NCBI GenBank assembly: GCA_965227345.1
Contig: OZ245755.1
Span: 769,084-833,083 of the forward strand
Length of the DNA stretch: 64,000 nucleotides
Direction of reading: 5' to 3'
From: Sphingomonadales bacterium
GTDB lineage: Bacteria; Pseudomonadota; Alphaproteobacteria; Sphingomonadales; G965227345
Each line of letters starts with the position of its first letter. The first letter of the stretch is position 1. Positions 29,503 through 40,754 of this stretch are shown piece after piece. The notes beneath the pieces were generated by a model. That model ran no database searches, was not told where the DNA came from, and was given only the letters and a program-made list of their open reading frames with translations. The translations under genes were made by a program, and so were the position numbers.

Positions 29503-29534
29503 AAAAAAGGGCAACCGTAACGGCTGCCCTTTTT
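29503..29534 (-). terminator. Rho-independent terminator after rplQ (end of the alpha operon)
   Basis: A GC-rich hairpin gggcaaccg-taa-cggctgccc (29509-29529) is flanked by A6 and T5. On the minus strand it is followed by TTTTTTGG. Confidence 0.7.
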
Positions 29535-29562
29535 CAATTAGCTTTCAAGATCAGCAAAGAAA

Positions 29563-29991
29563 TCAGGCTGCGACCTCTACATCTTCATCAATCTGGACCG
29601 GACCGGAATCCTGACCTTTGGCGTCAACGTCACGGTCAACCAGTTCAATGATTGCCATAGGCGCTGCGTCTCCGTAACGGAAACCTGCCTTCAGAACCCG
29701 TGTATACCCGCCATTACGGCCAGCATAACGCTCTGACAGCGTGCTGAACAGTTTCTCTACAATCACCTTGTCACTTACCGGCAATTTAGCCAGTGCCTGA
29801 CGGCGTGCGTGCAAGCTGCCTTTTTTGCCCAGCGTAATCAACCGCTCAACAATCGGGCGCAGTTCCTTTGCCTTCGGCAAGGTAGTTTTGATCTGCTCGT
29901 GCTTCAACAGCGCAGACGCCATGTTCGCAAACATCGCCTTGCGATGCGAACTTGTACGATTAAGTTTTCGGCCGGCCATACGATGGCGCAT
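29563..29991 (-). CDS. rplQ: 50S ribosomal protein L17
   Basis: [25 protein letters not shown]... is the canonical bL17 N-terminus. It follows rpoA. Confidence 0.97.
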   Translation of the reverse strand: MRHRMAGRKLNRTSSHRKAMFANMASALLKHEQIKTTLPKAKELRPIVERLITLGKKGSLHARRQALAKLPVSDKVIVEKLFSTLSERYAGRNGGYTRVLKAGFRYGDAAPMAIIELVDRDVDAKGQDSGPVQIDEDVEVAA

Positions 29992-30044
29992 GTTCTCTCT
30001 CCTTGGGCCTTCTGATCAACACTGCAAACTGCAGGTTTGCAGGC

Positions 30045-31061
30045 TTAATATTCCGCTTCCAGTTTCTTGGCCATATCTTCGATATTTTCTGGCGGCCATT
30101 CTGGCAGTTCCATGCCAAGACGCAAGCCCATCTTGGACAATACGCTCTTGATTTCATTCAATGACTTGCGGCCAAAGTTGGGAGTCCGCAGCATTTCCGC
30201 TTCTGTCTTCTGAATCAGGTCGCCAATGTAAACGATATTATCGTTCTTCAGGCAATTTGCAGACCGGACAGACAATTCCAGCTCATCGACCTTGCGCAAC
30301 AGATTTTTGTTGAATGGAGGCTCTTCAGCTTCCTTCTCTGCCTTCGCAGCTTCAGGCTCTTCAAAGTTGATAAACAACTGCAACTGATCCTGTAGAATAC
30401 GCGCGGCATAGGCCAGCGCATCTTCCGGCGTGATAGTGCCATCTGTTTCAATCTGCATGTTCAGCTTGTCATAATCCAGAATCTGCCCTTCACGGGTGTT
30501 CTCGACCTTGTAGCTGACCTTGCGAACCGGGCTGTACAATGCATCAACCGGAATAAGACCAATTGGCGCATCTTCAGGACGATTGCGATCAGCCGATACA
30601 TAGCCCTTACCAATATTAACAGTAAGTTCCATATTCAGCGTGGCACCATCATCAAGTGTACAAATCACCAGTTCCGGGTTCATAATCTCAATATCGGCAA
30701 CTTCAGAAATCTGTGCTGCTGTTACCTCACCCGGACCTTCAGCCCGCAGTGTCAGGCGCTTTGGCCCTTCACAATACATGCCGATTGCCAGCTGCTTCAC
30801 ATTCAGCACAATATCCGTGACGTCTTCACGTACACCCGGCACCGACGAAAACTCATGCAATACGCCGTCAATATGAATGGACGTAACCGCCGCACCCTGA
30901 AGAGAAGAAAGCAGTACCCGACGCAGACCATTGCCCAGCGTCATGCCGAAGCCGCGCTCCAGGGGTTCCGCTACGATGGTGGCACGGCGCTCTACTTCAG
31001 CGCTTTGCACAACCTCGAGCTTACCGGGCTTTATCAGTTCCTGCCAATTTTTCTGAATCAC
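30045..31061 (-). CDS. rpoA: DNA-directed RNA polymerase subunit alpha
   Basis: It has the alpha NTD and CTD ([23 protein letters not shown]). The likely start is GTG 31061 ([12 protein letters not shown]), 8 nt after GAGG. The ORF-track ATG 31082 would add 7 aa. Confidence 0.96.
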   Translation of the reverse strand: MIQKNWQELIKPGKLEVVQSAEVERRATIVAEPLERGFGMTLGNGLRRVLLSSLQGAAVTSIHIDGVLHEFSSVPGVREDVTDIVLNVKQLAIGMYCEGPKRLTLRAEGPGEVTAAQISEVADIEIMNPELVICTLDDGATLNMELTVNIGKGYVSADRNRPEDAPIGLIPVDALYSPVRKVSYKVENTREGQILDYDKLNMQIETDGTITPEDALAYAARILQDQLQLFINFEEPEAAKAEKEAEEPPFNKNLLRKVDELELSVRSANCLKNDNIVYIGDLIQKTEAEMLRTPNFGRKSLNEIKSVLSKMGLRLGMELPEWPPENIEDMAKKLEAEY

Positions 31062-31180
31062 GATCGAACCTCGCGCTTTCACTTAAATATCTACGCTTCC
31101 GCGATATTGCGGAAGCTTCGATGGTGTTAATATCACTTCACTCAGGCTCAACAGACAACCTGCCAAACCAGAGTAATAAA

Positions 31181-31570
31181 TCAGACCCGGCGACGTTTCG
31201 GGGGCCGGCAGCCGTTATGCGGAATTGACGTCACATCACGAATCGAGGTGATGGTAAAGCCAACAGCCTGCAAGGCACGGAGAGCTGATTCGCGCCCTGA
31301 ACCAGGACCCTTCACTTCAACTTCCAATATCTTCACGCCATGTTCCTGAGCTTTTTTGCCGGCATCTTCTGCCGCCATCTGCGCCGCATAAGGAGTCGAT
31401 TTACGCGACCCCTTAAAACCCATAACACCGGCAGTTGACCAGGAAATCGTGTTTCCCTGAGCATCCGATATTGTTACCTGTGTATTATTAAACGTAGCAT
31501 TCACGTGTGCCACAGCATTCGTGATGTTTTTACGTTCCCTGCGCCGAATCCGGCCTTTATCCGCTGCCAT
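31181..31570 (-). CDS. rpsK: 30S ribosomal protein S11
   Basis: It has the uS11 signature [18 protein letters not shown]...WSTAG. Confidence 0.97.
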   Translation of the reverse strand: MAADKGRIRRRERKNITNAVAHVNATFNNTQVTISDAQGNTISWSTAGVMGFKGSRKSTPYAAQMAAEDAGKKAQEHGVKILEVEVKGPGSGRESALRALQAVGFTITSIRDVTSIPHNGCRPPKRRRV

Positions 31571-31600
31571 AACTGATACCTTAATCCTGTCCGGATGAAT

Positions 31601-31969
31601 TTATTTCTTCTTGCCTGCAATAGGCTTCGCCTTGCCCTTGCGGGTACGGGCATTCGTACTGGTCCGTTGTCCACGTACCGGCAGCCCTTTACGATGCCGC
31701 AAACCGCGATAACAGCCAAGATCCATCAAACGCTTGATGTTCATAGACACAGTCCGGCGCAAATCACCTTCAACGACAAAGTCGCTGTCAATGATTTCAC
31801 GGATCTGAATCACCTGACCTTCGCTCAGCTGATGAACCCGCGTTGCAGGCTCTACGCCCGCTTTATCACAGATTTGCTTGGCAAAAGCCGGCCCAATCCC
31901 GTGAATATACCTCAAGGCAATCTCGACACGTTTAGCGGTCGGAATGTTAACGCCTGCAATTCGCGCCAC
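31601..31969 (-). CDS. rpsM: 30S ribosomal protein S13
   Basis: [26 protein letters not shown] is the canonical uS13 N-terminus. Confidence 0.97.
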   Translation of the reverse strand: MARIAGVNIPTAKRVEIALRYIHGIGPAFAKQICDKAGVEPATRVHQLSEGQVIQIREIIDSDFVVEGDLRRTVSMNIKRLMDLGCYRGLRHRKGLPVRGQRTSTNARTRKGKAKPIAGKKK

Positions 31970-32092
31970 GACCTGTTCTCCAATTCACATTATAGTTCGT
32001 ACACACCAGATCACGGTATGCCCAAGAATCGGGGGATTATAGGTATTGAACCCGCACAGTCAACCTTTGTTATGCTGACTGCTTCCCTCAAA

Positions 32093-32743
32093 TCACCTGG
32101 ACGAAAGCACCGTGTCAATTTCTTTCGTTACCTCTTCAATAGAGGCCATTCCATCCACCGACCTCAACTTGCCCATTTTACTATAGTAAGGCAGCAAGGG
32201 AGCGGTTTGGGAATGATAGTTTTCAAGCCGCGAAACAACTGTTTCACGATTGTCGTCAGCACGGCGCGTAAACTCTGTCGCACCGCACTTGTCGCACACA
32301 CCTTCAACCTTTGGCTTCAGGTAAGTATCATGGTATCCGGCGCCACATTTGGCGCAGGAATAACGACCGGTAATACGTTTTACCAAGGCCTCGTCATTTA
32401 CCTTCATCTCAATCACATGGTCAAGATCCAGTTTTTTTTCTTTCAACATCTGATCCAGCGCTTCTGCCTGCGCGACCGTCCGGGGAAAACCATCCAGAAT
32501 AAAACCACTGACGCAATCCGGTTCCTGAATACGATCGGCAATTATACCAATCACCACTTCGTCCGGCACCAGATCACCACGTTCCATTGCATCTTTAGCC
32601 TGCTTGCCTACTGCCGTCCCGGCCGCAACCGCTGCACGCAGCATGTCCCCGGTGGAAAGCTGTACCATGCCGCGACGCTCTGTCAGCAGCTGGGCCTGAG
32701 TGCCTTTTCCGGCACCCGGTGGTCCTAGCAGGATAATATTCAT
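32093..32743 (-). CDS. adk: Adenylate kinase (zinc-lid type)
   Basis: It has the P-loop GPPGAGKGTQ and LID-domain Cys motifs CAKCG...CDKCG. The start overlaps the secY stop by 4 nt. Confidence 0.96.
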   Translation of the reverse strand: MNIILLGPPGAGKGTQAQLLTERRGMVQLSTGDMLRAAVAAGTAVGKQAKDAMERGDLVPDEVVIGIIADRIQEPDCVSGFILDGFPRTVAQAEALDQMLKEKKLDLDHVIEMKVNDEALVKRITGRYSCAKCGAGYHDTYLKPKVEGVCDKCGATEFTRRADDNRETVVSRLENYHSQTAPLLPYYSKMGKLRSVDGMASIEEVTKEIDTVLSSR

Positions 32744-34089
32744 TTCCGCGATCCCCTCAGACGGGACTTTTTAATCAGCCCCTCATACTGGTGCGCCATC
32801 AAATGACTGTGAATTTGCCCGACAGTGTCCATCGTCACATTGACCACAATCAACAAGGAGGTCCCACCAAAATAGAAAGGCACGGCCATCTGCGAGATGA
32901 GCATTTCCGGGATAAGACAAACAAAGGACAAATAGATCGCACCAACAAGGGTCAGTCGTGTCAGGACAAAGTCCAGATATTCCGCAGTATTCTTGCCCGG
33001 TCGTATACCGGGAATGAACCCGCCATACTTCTTCAGATTATCTGCGGTTTCTTCCGGATTGAATACAATCGCCGTATAAAAGAAGCAGAAGAAAATTATA
33101 CCAGCGACATAAAGTGCAACATACAGGGGCTGACCATGGCCCAGCAGCGCTGTCATTGTCAGCAGCCAGTCAGGCCCGCCGCCACCCTGGCTTGCAAAGC
33201 CGGATATCGTTACCGGCATCAGCAGCAAGGATGAAGCAAAAATAGGCGGTATCACACCGGCCGTGTTCAATTTCAACGGCATATGCGAGGTTTCACCCTG
33301 AGTCATGCGCTGACCCTGCTGCCGCTTTGGGTACTGAATCAGCACCCGACGCTGCGCCCGCTCCATAAAGACGATAAACGCAATCACAAGGGCAGCCATT
33401 ATCAGCAGAGCCGGCATAACAAATATGCTCCAGTTCTGTGCAATGCTCAGCTCGAAAGTACTGACCAGCGCCGTTGGCAGCATGGCTACAATACCGGCAA
33501 AGATAATCAGGGAAATCCCGTTCCCGACACCACGGGCTGTGATCTGCTCGCCCAGCCACATCAGGAACATCGTGCCGCCAACCAGCGTAATCACCGTGGT
33601 CGCCCGGAAGAAATAGCCCGGATCAATCGCAGCACTGCCGGCGGAACCGCTCAGGTTTTCCATGCCGATGGCAATACCATAGGCCTGTATCGCTGTCAGG
33701 AACACCGTCCCGTAACGGGTATACTGGTTGATCTTCTTGCGACCGGACTCGCCTTCTTTCTTCAGCGCACCCAGTGTAGGTGATACCGCCGTCATCAACT
33801 GAATGATAATCGAGGCCGAGATATAGGGCATAATGTTGAGCGCAAAAATGCTCATCCGCTCCAACGCGCCACCGGAAAACATGTTAAACATGCCCAGCAC
33901 ACCGCCACCAGCCTGCTGAAACACCTCGTTCAGAACATTGGGATCAATTCCCGGAATCGGAATATACGTTCCCAGCCGATAGACAATAAGCGCACCCAGG
34001 GTAAACCATATCCGCTTCTTGAGCTCGGTAGCCTTTGCAAAGGCACCAAAGTTCAAGTTCGCTGCAAATTGTTCCGCGGCGGATGCCAT
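32740..34089 (-). CDS. secY: Preprotein translocase subunit SecY
   Basis: 449 aa with 10 TM segments. It has a typical SecY N-terminus (ELKKRIWFTLGALIVYRLGTYIPIPGI) and the expected position in the spc operon. Confidence 0.97.
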   Translation of the reverse strand: MASAAEQFAANLNFGAFAKATELKKRIWFTLGALIVYRLGTYIPIPGIDPNVLNEVFQQAGGGVLGMFNMFSGGALERMSIFALNIMPYISASIIIQLMTAVSPTLGALKKEGESGRKKINQYTRYGTVFLTAIQAYGIAIGMENLSGSAGSAAIDPGYFFRATTVITLVGGTMFLMWLGEQITARGVGNGISLIIFAGIVAMLPTALVSTFELSIAQNWSIFVMPALLIMAALVIAFIVFMERAQRRVLIQYPKRQQGQRMTQGETSHMPLKLNTAGVIPPIFASSLLLMPVTISGFASQGGGGPDWLLTMTALLGHGQPLYVALYVAGIIFFCFFYTAIVFNPEETADNLKKYGGFIPGIRPGKNTAEYLDFVLTRLTLVGAIYLSFVCLIPEMLISQMAVPFYFGGTSLLIVVNVTMDTVGQIHSHLMAHQYEGLIKKSRLRGSRK

Positions 34090-34125
34090 ACACTCAATCC
34101 CTCAATACCCGAACAAGCGGGTGTA

Positions 34126-34626
34126 TTACTTTCTGGCGCTTTTCTTTTTACTGTCTTCTTCGACAGGAGCAGCTGGCAACTCAACCTTGCCTCCTGCTTT
34201 TTCAACAGCAGCAACAGCAGCTGCAGACGCGCCTGCAATCTGAAACGATACCTTGCTCTTAAGCTCACCACGAGCCAACAGACGCACGCCATCTTTCACC
34301 TGATTAATGACGCCAGCATCTTTTAGCGCTTCAGCAGTGATAACAGCTTTGCCATCCAGTTTCTTCGCATCCAGAGCTTCCTGCACGCGCCCCAGATTCA
34401 CCACAACATAATCCTTGCGGAAGATATTGTTAAATCCGCGCTTCGGCAGACGGCGGTAGATCGGCATCTGACCACCTTCAAAGCCTTTAATCGCAACACC
34501 TGAGCGCGATTTCTGACCTTTTTGACCACGACCACCCGTGACACCAAGGCCCGAGCCATAACCACGACCAACACGGACTTTTTTCTTCCGCGCGCCTGGC
34601 TTGTCTGCAATTTCGTTGAGTTTCAT
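34126..34626 (-). CDS. rplO: 50S ribosomal protein L15
   Basis: It reads MKLNEI...[28 protein letters not shown]. The start was moved to ATG 34626. Confidence 0.96.
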   Translation of the reverse strand: MKLNEIADKPGARKKKVRVGRGYGSGLGVTGGRGQKGQKSRSGVAIKGFEGGQMPIYRRLPKRGFNNIFRKDYVVVNLGRVQEALDAKKLDGKAVITAEALKDAGVINQVKDGVRLLARGELKSKVSFQIAGASAAAVAAVEKAGGKVELPAAPVEEDSKKKSARK

Positions 34627-34689
34627 AACGTCTAACCTTGCCACAAATATCAAGTTCAGGAAGGAGCTGTATCCATCCCGGATCCTGAT

Positions 34690-34881
34690 CTATTCCTCGA
34701 CCTTTACCATATGGTGAACCTTGCGGATCATCCCCCGAACAGCTGGTGTATCTTCCAGTTCACGGGTCTTGTGCATCTTGTTCAACCCTAAACCAACCAG
34801 AGTTGCACGCTGATCACCAGGACGCCGGATCGGGCTGCCGATCTGGGTCACCTTGATGGTCTTTTTTGCCTTCGGGGCCAT
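34690..34881 (-). CDS. rpmD: 50S ribosomal protein L30
   Basis: 63 aa, reading [31 protein letters not shown]. It lies between rpsE and rplO. Confidence 0.96.
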   Translation of the reverse strand: MAPKAKKTIKVTQIGSPIRRPGDQRATLVGLGLNKMHKTRELEDTPAVRGMIRKVHHMVKVEE

Positions 34882-34883
34882 TA

Positions 34884-35438
34884 TTATTCTCCGCTGTCGT
34901 CAGCGCCACGGCCTGCATCGGCACGACGACTGATAATATCTGCAATCTTCTTGCTGCGTTTTGTCGCTACCGAGCGAGGCGAAACCTGCTTTTTAAGCGC
35001 ATCAAACGTCGCCCGCACCATGTTGTACGGATTTGAAGAACCCAAAGACTTGGTCACCACATCGTGAACGCCCAGGCTTTCAAATACGGCGCGCATCGGA
35101 CCACCGGCAATAATGCCGGTACCTGCAGGGCAGGACCGCAACACAACCTTGCCTGCGCCATGACGACCTTCGATATCGTGATGGAGCGTCCGCCCCTCAC
35201 GCAAAGGAACACGGATCATGCTCTTCTTGGCGCCTTCAGTTGCTTTCCGAATGGCTTCAGGCACTTCACGTGCCTTGCCATGACCAAAACCAACGCGGCC
35301 TTTCTGGTCTCCCACAACAACAAGTGCGGCGAAACCAAACCGGCGACCACCTTTTACCACTTTTGCAACGCGGTTAATGTGGACCAGCTTCTCTGTCAAA
35401 TCGCTCTCAGGGCGATTAAATGCATCAGGGCGTGCCAT
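34884..35438 (-). CDS. rpsE: 30S ribosomal protein S5
   Basis: It has the uS5 core [27 protein letters not shown]. Confidence 0.97.
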   Translation of the reverse strand: MARPDAFNRPESDLTEKLVHINRVAKVVKGGRRFGFAALVVVGDQKGRVGFGHGKAREVPEAIRKATEGAKKSMIRVPLREGRTLHHDIEGRHGAGKVVLRSCPAGTGIIAGGPMRAVFESLGVHDVVTKSLGSSNPYNMVRATFDALKKQVSPRSVATKRSKKIADIISRRADAGRGADDSGE

Positions 35439-35468
35439 ATAGCGGCTTCCTTTTCTCTTTCCTGGACC

Positions 35469-35825
35469 TTAGAACAACAATCCGCCTTCGCGGGCGGCTT
35501 CTGCCAGGGCTTTCACCCGGCCATGATAAAGATAACCACCGCGATCAAACACAACCTGTTCGAAGCCAGCAGCCTTTGACCGCTCAGCGATGAGCTTGCC
35601 AACAGCAACTGCCGCGTCAGTGTTCCATCCCTTGTCAGTGCCCGCAGCCTTTTCCGTTGTGGAAGCAGCAACAAGCGTCACACCCTTGGCATCATCAATC
35701 AACTGGGCGTAGATATGCTTGTTCGAGCGATGGATAGACAAACGCGGACGGCCATTGGCAACACGCGCAAGCTTCGTCCGAACACGCGCCCGGCGACGGG
35801 AATATAATGTATCTTGCTTCTTCAT
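35469..35825 (-). CDS. rplR: 50S ribosomal protein L18
   Basis: It has the uL18 signature [20 protein letters not shown]. Confidence 0.97.
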   Translation of the reverse strand: MKKQDTLYSRRRARVRTKLARVANGRPRLSIHRSNKHIYAQLIDDAKGVTLVAASTTEKAAGTDKGWNTDAAVAVGKLIAERSKAAGFEQVVFDRGGYLYHGRVKALAEAAREGGLLF

Positions 35826-35834
35826 CGCGGCACC

Positions 35835-36368
35835 TTACTTCTTCTTACCTTCTTTACGGAAGATATATTCATCAGAATATTTCACACCCTTGCCCTTGTA
35901 AGGCTCCGGCTTCCTGTATTCGCGTATTTTAGCGGCGACCTGACCGACCAATTGCTTGTCGATACCCGAAACAACAACCTTTGTCTGATCCGGACACTGA
36001 ACATCAATGCCCTCAGGAATGGGGAAGTTAACGTCGTGGCTGAAGCCCAGCTGCAACTGCAATTCACGTCCGCGTACTGCAGCACGATAACCCACACCGT
36101 TAATCTCGAGCTGGCGGGTAAAGCCTGTAGACACACCCGTCACCAGATTATCAGCCAAAGTGCGCTGCATACCCCACATGGCGCGAGCACGCTGGCTGCT
36201 ATCCCGGGGCAAAACGCTAAGATTATTGTCTTCCAGCTTTACCTCAACTTCGTCAACGAAAGTCATGCTAAGCATGCCTTTTGGTCCCTTGACTGAAAGG
36301 TCCTGCCCTTGAAGATCGACTGTAACACCACTTGGAACAGCGACCGGTTTTTTTCCAATCCGTGACAT
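35835..36368 (-). CDS. rplF: 50S ribosomal protein L6
   Basis: [17 protein letters not shown] is the uL6 N-terminus. Confidence 0.97.
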   Translation of the reverse strand: MSRIGKKPVAVPSGVTVDLQGQDLSVKGPKGMLSMTFVDEVEVKLEDNNLSVLPRDSSQRARAMWGMQRTLADNLVTGVSTGFTRQLEINGVGYRAAVRGRELQLQLGFSHDVNFPIPEGIDVQCPDQTKVVVSGIDKQLVGQVAAKIREYRKPEPYKGKGVKYSDEYIFRKEGKKK

Positions 36369-36377
36369 TGTTCTACC

Positions 36378-36773
36378 TTAAAATACTGTGCACAGGACTT
36401 CGCCGCCGACATTCTGGTCACGCGCTTCCGCGTCAGACAGAACACCCTTTGGCGTCGAAACAATCGAAATCCCCAGACCGTTACGCACACGGGGCAAATC
36501 CTTCACCGAGGAATACACGCGACGACCCGGCTTGGAAATTCGCGATATTGTACGAATAACCGGCTCACCTTCAGTATACTTCAATTCAATACTGAGGAAC
36601 GGCTTGCCGCCCACTTCAGCTTCTTCATAACCCCGGATATAACCTTCGCGAGTCAGCACTTCCAGGATCCGGGCGCGCAACCGCGACGCCGGTGCCAGGA
36701 CCGTGCTTTTCTGGGCCCGCTGGCCATTCCGAATTCGTGTCAGCATATCGCCGACGGGATCGGTCATAGACAT
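36378..36773 (-). CDS. rpsH: 30S ribosomal protein S8
   Basis: [14 protein letters not shown] is the uS8 N-terminal signature. Confidence 0.97.
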   Translation of the reverse strand: MSMTDPVGDMLTRIRNGQRAQKSTVLAPASRLRARILEVLTREGYIRGYEEAEVGGKPFLSIELKYTEGEPVIRTISRISKPGRRVYSSVKDLPRVRNGLGISIVSTPKGVLSDAEARDQNVGGEVLCTVF

Positions 36774-36786
36774 CTCACCCTCTCTC

Positions 36787-37092
36787 CTACCAGCTCGACT
36801 TCACAACACCGGGAACCAGGCCATCCGAGGCCAGATCACGAAGCGCTATGCGAGACATCTTGAACTTCCGATAATATGCGCGCGGCCGGCCACTTACCTG
36901 ACAACGATTACGCACCCGGGTCGCACTGCCGTTTCTAGGCAGCTTGGCCAAAGCCAACCGAGCCATAAATTGATCATCCGGCGATGCATCGGCATCTTTA
37001 GCCAATTTCTTAAGTGCGGCTCGCTTGTCGGCGAACTTCGCCACCAGTTTGATCCGCTTCTTGTTTTTCTCAATGGCGCTAGTTTTTGCCAT
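36787..37092 (-). CDS. rpsN: 30S ribosomal protein S14 (long, non-zinc type)
   Basis: 101 aa, with the N-terminus [13 protein letters not shown] and the C-terminus [11 protein letters not shown]. Confidence 0.97.
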   Translation of the reverse strand: MAKTSAIEKNKKRIKLVAKFADKRAALKKLAKDADASPDDQFMARLALAKLPRNGSATRVRNRCQVSGRPRAYYRKFKMSRIALRDLASDGLVPGVVKSSW

Positions 37093-37139
37093 TCCACTTG
37101 CTCCTTGTCGCAGCCTCTAAAGACAGACCGCCTACCTGA

Positions 37140-37691
37140 TCAATTCGAAAACGGCATGTTAAAACCTGCGAGAAGCGCCTTTGCTTCCTCATCGGTCTTA
37201 GCCGTCGTGCAAATAACAACATTCATGCCGCGAACGGCGTCGATTTTGTCATACTCGATTTCCGGAAACACAATCTGTTCCTTTAGTCCGAGTGCGTAAT
37301 TACCGCGACCATCAAACGCCTTTCCGGAAACACCGCGAAAATCGCGAACCCGCGGCAGGGCAATGTTTACCAGACGGTCCAAAAATTCGAACATGATCTG
37401 TCGGCGCAACGTTACCTTGCAACCAAGCGGCATGCCTTCGCGCAATTTAAAGCTTGCGATTGACTTCTTCGCCTTTGTGATCACCGGCTTCTGGCCGGTA
37501 ATCTTCGCCATTTCTTCCGCAGCGGCTTTAACTTTTTTGCTGTCCTGAACGGCTTCGCCAACACCCATGTTCACCACGATCTTTTCGATCCGGGGTACTT
37601 CCATAATGTTTTTGTAACCAAACTTATCCTGCATCTCTTTACGAATCTTGGTTTCGTAAATTTCATGCATACGGGCGCGCTGACTAGTCAT
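37140..37691 (-). CDS. rplE: 50S ribosomal protein L5
   Basis: It has the uL5 core [16 protein letters not shown]. It overlaps the rplX stop by 8 nt. Confidence 0.96.
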   Translation of the reverse strand: MTSQRARMHEIYETKIRKEMQDKFGYKNIMEVPRIEKIVVNMGVGEAVQDSKKVKAAAEEMAKITGQKPVITKAKKSIASFKLREGMPLGCKVTLRRQIMFEFLDRLVNIALPRVRDFRGVSGKAFDGRGNYALGLKEQIVFPEIEYDKIDAVRGMNVVICTTAKTDEEAKALLAGFNMPFSN

Positions 37692-38010
37692 TGATCACCT
37701 CCCCGGAAGCTTTGGCAAACCGGACCTTTTTCCCGTCATCCGACTTCTTGTAACCCACCTTGGTCGCCTTGCCGGTCTTTGGATCAACCAGCGCCAGATT
37801 GGACACATGAATAGGAGATTCTTTTGTCACGATACCGCCAGCACCAGTCTGGCTCGGCTTGGTGTGGCGCTTTACCACATTCACACCCTGCACAACGGCA
37901 CGGGCTTCAGCCGGGATCATACGCACGATCTCGCCTTCCTTGCCCTTGTCGCGACCGGTCAACACAATGACCTTGTCGCCCTTTTTGACTTTAAACTTCA
38001 CCGACATCAC
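37684..38010 (-). CDS. rplX: 50S ribosomal protein L24
   Basis: It has the uL24 KOW motif [22 protein letters not shown]. Confidence 0.96.
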   Translation of the reverse strand: MMSVKFKVKKGDKVIVLTGRDKGKEGEIVRMIPAEARAVVQGVNVVKRHTKPSQTGAGGIVTKESPIHVSNLALVDPKTGKATKVGYKKSDDGKKVRFAKASGEVIND

Positions 38011-38375
38011 AGAACCTCCGGCGCCAGGGATATAATTTTCATATGCGATTTGGCGCGCAACTCACGAACAACTGGCCCGAAAATACGAGTTCCAATGGGT
38101 TCGTCCTGCTTGTTCACCAGTACGGCCGCATTCTTATCGAAGCGGATTGACGTTCCATCCTTGCGGCGGACTTCCTTCGCTGTACGAACAATAACTGCGC
38201 GGTGCACATCGCCCTTTTTGACTTTACCACGAGGTATAGCGTCTTTCACGCTCACCACAATGACATCCCCAACATCGGCGGTCTTGCGTTTTGATCCGCC
38301 AAGAACCTTAATGCACTGCACCCTTCTTGCACCCGAATTATCGGCCACTTCCAGGTTGGTTTGCATCTGTATCAT
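38007..38375 (-). CDS. rplN: 50S ribosomal protein L14
   Basis: [27 protein letters not shown] is the canonical uL14 N-terminus. Confidence 0.98.
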   Translation of the reverse strand: MIQMQTNLEVADNSGARRVQCIKVLGGSKRKTADVGDVIVVSVKDAIPRGKVKKGDVHRAVIVRTAKEVRRKDGTSIRFDKNAAVLVNKQDEPIGTRIFGPVVRELRAKSHMKIISLAPEVL

Positions 38376-38432
38376 GGGTTATTTCCCAACACTTTAATTT
38401 CAACGGCCCGGTATAACACCGGACATTCCAAT

Positions 38433-38663
38433 CTATTCAGCAACAATTCGCCAGTTCTTCTGCTTGGAAATAGGACGGCATTCTTCTATCCGTACAATAT
38501 CCCCAACCTTTACTTTATTCTCTTCATCGTGCGCGTGGTACTTCTTCGACCGGCGCACAACTTTCTTTACCAGAGGGTCATTAAACCGCCGCTCAACCCG
38601 GACGACAACTGTCTTGTCATTCGCGTCACTGACGACCGTACCCTGTAATATTCGCTTCGGCAT
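38433..38663 (-). CDS. rpsQ: 30S ribosomal protein S17
   Basis: It has the uS17 signature [22 protein letters not shown]. Confidence 0.97.
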   Translation of the reverse strand: MPKRILQGTVVSDANDKTVVVRVERRFNDPLVKKVVRRSKKYHAHDEENKVKVGDIVRIEECRPISKQKNWRIVAE

Positions 38664-38681
38664 ATCCCGTTCCTATCCTGA

Positions 38682-38885
38682 TCAAGCCTGACTGGCAGCT
38701 TTTTCGCGCTCACCCTGGATCGTCTTGATCCGGGCTATATCGCGTCGAATAGTCCGCACACGTGCCGTATTCTCAAACTGTCCTGTCGCCTTCTGGAAAC
38801 GCAGATTGAACTGCTCTTTCTTCAAACCGGCCAGCTGTTCGTTCAATTCATCCGCTGATTTATCGCGAATATCTTCGGTTTTCAT
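38682..38885 (-). CDS. rpmC: 50S ribosomal protein L29
   Basis: 67 aa with the uL29 pattern [19 protein letters not shown]. Confidence 0.96.
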   Translation of the reverse strand: MKTEDIRDKSADELNEQLAGLKKEQFNLRFQKATGQFENTARVRTIRRDIARIKTIQGEREKAASQA

Positions 38886-38896
38886 CGCGTATCTCC

Positions 38897-39316
38897 TTAA
38901 ACCTGCTCGCCAAAGCGGGCTACTACCCGCGTGGCAATCGGCAACTTCGCAGCCGCCAACATGAAGGCTTCCTTGGCAAGCGGACCAGCAACGCCATCAA
39001 CCTCAAACATGATCCGGCCCGGTTTTACGCGGCAAGCCCAGAATTCGGGCGCACCCTTACCTTTACCCATCCGCACTTCAGTCGGTTTCTTACTGACCGG
39101 CACATCAGGGAAAATCCTGATCCACACTTTACCGGAACGTTTCATGGCGCGGGTCATGGCACGACGAGCCGCCTCGATCTGCCGCGCGGTAATCCGGCCA
39201 GGCTCAAGCGCCTTCAATCCATAGGCACCAAACGTCAGGTCCGTACCACCTTTGGCTTTACCGTGAATGCGCCCCTTGTGCGCTTTCCGGAATTTTGTTT
39301 TCTTTGGCTGTAGCAT
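38897..39316 (-). CDS. rplP: 50S ribosomal protein L16
   Basis: [16 protein letters not shown] is the uL16 N-terminus. Confidence 0.98.
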   Translation of the reverse strand: MLQPKKTKFRKAHKGRIHGKAKGGTDLTFGAYGLKALEPGRITARQIEAARRAMTRAMKRSGKVWIRIFPDVPVSKKPTEVRMGKGKGAPEFWACRVKPGRIMFEVDGVAGPLAKEAFMLAAAKLPIATRVVARFGEQV

Positions 39317-39361
39317 ATCTAACTCGCCTTTACTTCCTTAGCATCCAGCTTCGCTAATTGA

Positions 39362-40081
39362 TCAGTTTCTGGGTCCTGGACCACGTCCACGACTACCAGG
39401 CCCCGCCTTCTGGCTTTCTTCATTGGCACGCGTTTCATGAGCCATAGGATCATGCGCCATGATCTCGCCCTTAAACACCCAAACCTTCATGCCACATACG
39501 CCATAAGCTGTATGGGCTTCGGCCTCGCCATAATCAATATCAGCACGCAATGTATGCAAAGGCACACGACCTTCACGATACCATTCTGTCCGCGCGATTT
39601 CCGCGCCGCCAAGACGACCCGCACAATTGATCCTGATCCCTTCAGCCCCCAGACGCATTGCATTCTGCACGGCCCGCTTCATGGCCCGACGGAAAGCAAC
39701 ACGACGCTCCAGCTGCTGTGCAATGTTGTCTGCAATCAACTTTGCATCTGTTTCCGGCTTGCGCACTTCAACAATGTTCAGGCTGACATCCGCATCCGTA
39801 AACTTCATCAGTTCACGACGCAGTTTCTCGATGTCTGCACCCTTCTTGCCAATGATCACACCAGGACGAGCGGAATAAATTGTCACGCGAGCCTTTTTGG
39901 CTGGACGTTCAATCACAACCTTGCTCAAACTTGCCTGCGACAATGTTTTAAACAGGTACCGTCGCATGGCAATATCTTCATGCAACATATTGCCATATTC
40001 ATCGCCATCGGCGTACCAGCGACTATCCCAGGTCCGGTTGATGCCCAGACGCAATCCGATGGGGTTTACTTTCTGCCCCAT
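39362..40081 (-). CDS. rpsC: 30S ribosomal protein S3
   Basis: [22 protein letters not shown] is the uS3 N-terminus. The start shares one nucleotide with the rplV stop (TAATG). Confidence 0.98.
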   Translation of the reverse strand: MGQKVNPIGLRLGINRTWDSRWYADGDEYGNMLHEDIAMRRYLFKTLSQASLSKVVIERPAKKARVTIYSARPGVIIGKKGADIEKLRRELMKFTDADVSLNIVEVRKPETDAKLIADNIAQQLERRVAFRRAMKRAVQNAMRLGAEGIRINCAGRLGGAEIARTEWYREGRVPLHTLRADIDYGEAEAHTAYGVCGMKVWVFKGEIMAHDPMAHETRANEESQKAGPGSRGRGPGPRN

Positions 40082-40461
40082 TATGCACTCTCCTCGACCT
40101 GCCGGACCACAATACGGATCTGACTGAATGGTTTCAAAATCTTGCCCATACGACCACGGGCGCGGGGGCGATAACGCTTCATCACCAAAGACTTGCCAAC
40201 ACTGGCTTCCGCGATCACAAGCTGATCCACATCCAGTTGATGGTTATTCTCGGCATTTGCAATCGCCGACTGCAAAATCTTTTTCACTTCACCGGCCACC
40301 CGACGCTTCGAAAAGGTCAGATCAGCCAGCGCTTTCTCGGCGCCCTTGCCACGAATGGACGCAGCCACCAGATTCAGCTTCTGCGGGCTGGTGCGGATCA
40401 TGCGACCCACAGCCAGCGCTTCATTTTCGCCAACCCGGCGCGGTGCAGTTTTCTTACCCAC
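40081..40461 (-). CDS. rplV: 50S ribosomal protein L22
   Basis: It has the uL22 core [19 protein letters not shown]. The likely start is GTG 40461, 10 nt after AGAGG and 4 nt after the rpsS stop. The ORF-track ATG 40497 would overlap rpsS. Confidence 0.93.
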   Translation of the reverse strand: MGKKTAPRRVGENEALAVGRMIRTSPQKLNLVAASIRGKGAEKALADLTFSKRRVAGEVKKILQSAIANAENNHQLDVDQLVIAEASVGKSLVMKRYRPRARGRMGKILKPFSQIRIVVRQVEESA

Positions 40462-40465
40462 GGTC

Positions 40466-40744
40466 CTAGCCTCTTTTCGCTTTTTTGTCCGCAGCATGCC
40501 CGTAATAAGTACGGGTTGGCGCGAACTCGCCCAACTTCTGGCCCACCATCTCTTCGCTCACATATACCGGCACAAACTTGCGACCGTTATATACGCTAAA
40601 CGTCTGTCCAACGAACTGCGGCAGAATTGTAGATCTCCTGGACCAGGTTTTAATCGGTGTTTTCTTGTCCGATTCTACCAGGACATCTACTTTCTTAAGC
40701 AGATAGCTGTCGACAAACGGACCTTTCCAAACTGAACGAGCCAA
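40466..40744 (-). CDS. rpsS: 30S ribosomal protein S19
   Basis: [12 protein letters not shown] is the uS19 N-terminus. Confidence 0.98.
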   Translation of the reverse strand: MARSVWKGPFVDSYLLKKVDVLVESDKKTPIKTWSRRSTILPQFVGQTFSVYNGRKFVPVYVSEEMVGQKLGEFAPTRTYYGHAADKKAKRG

Positions 40745-40754
40745 TGTCTAATTC

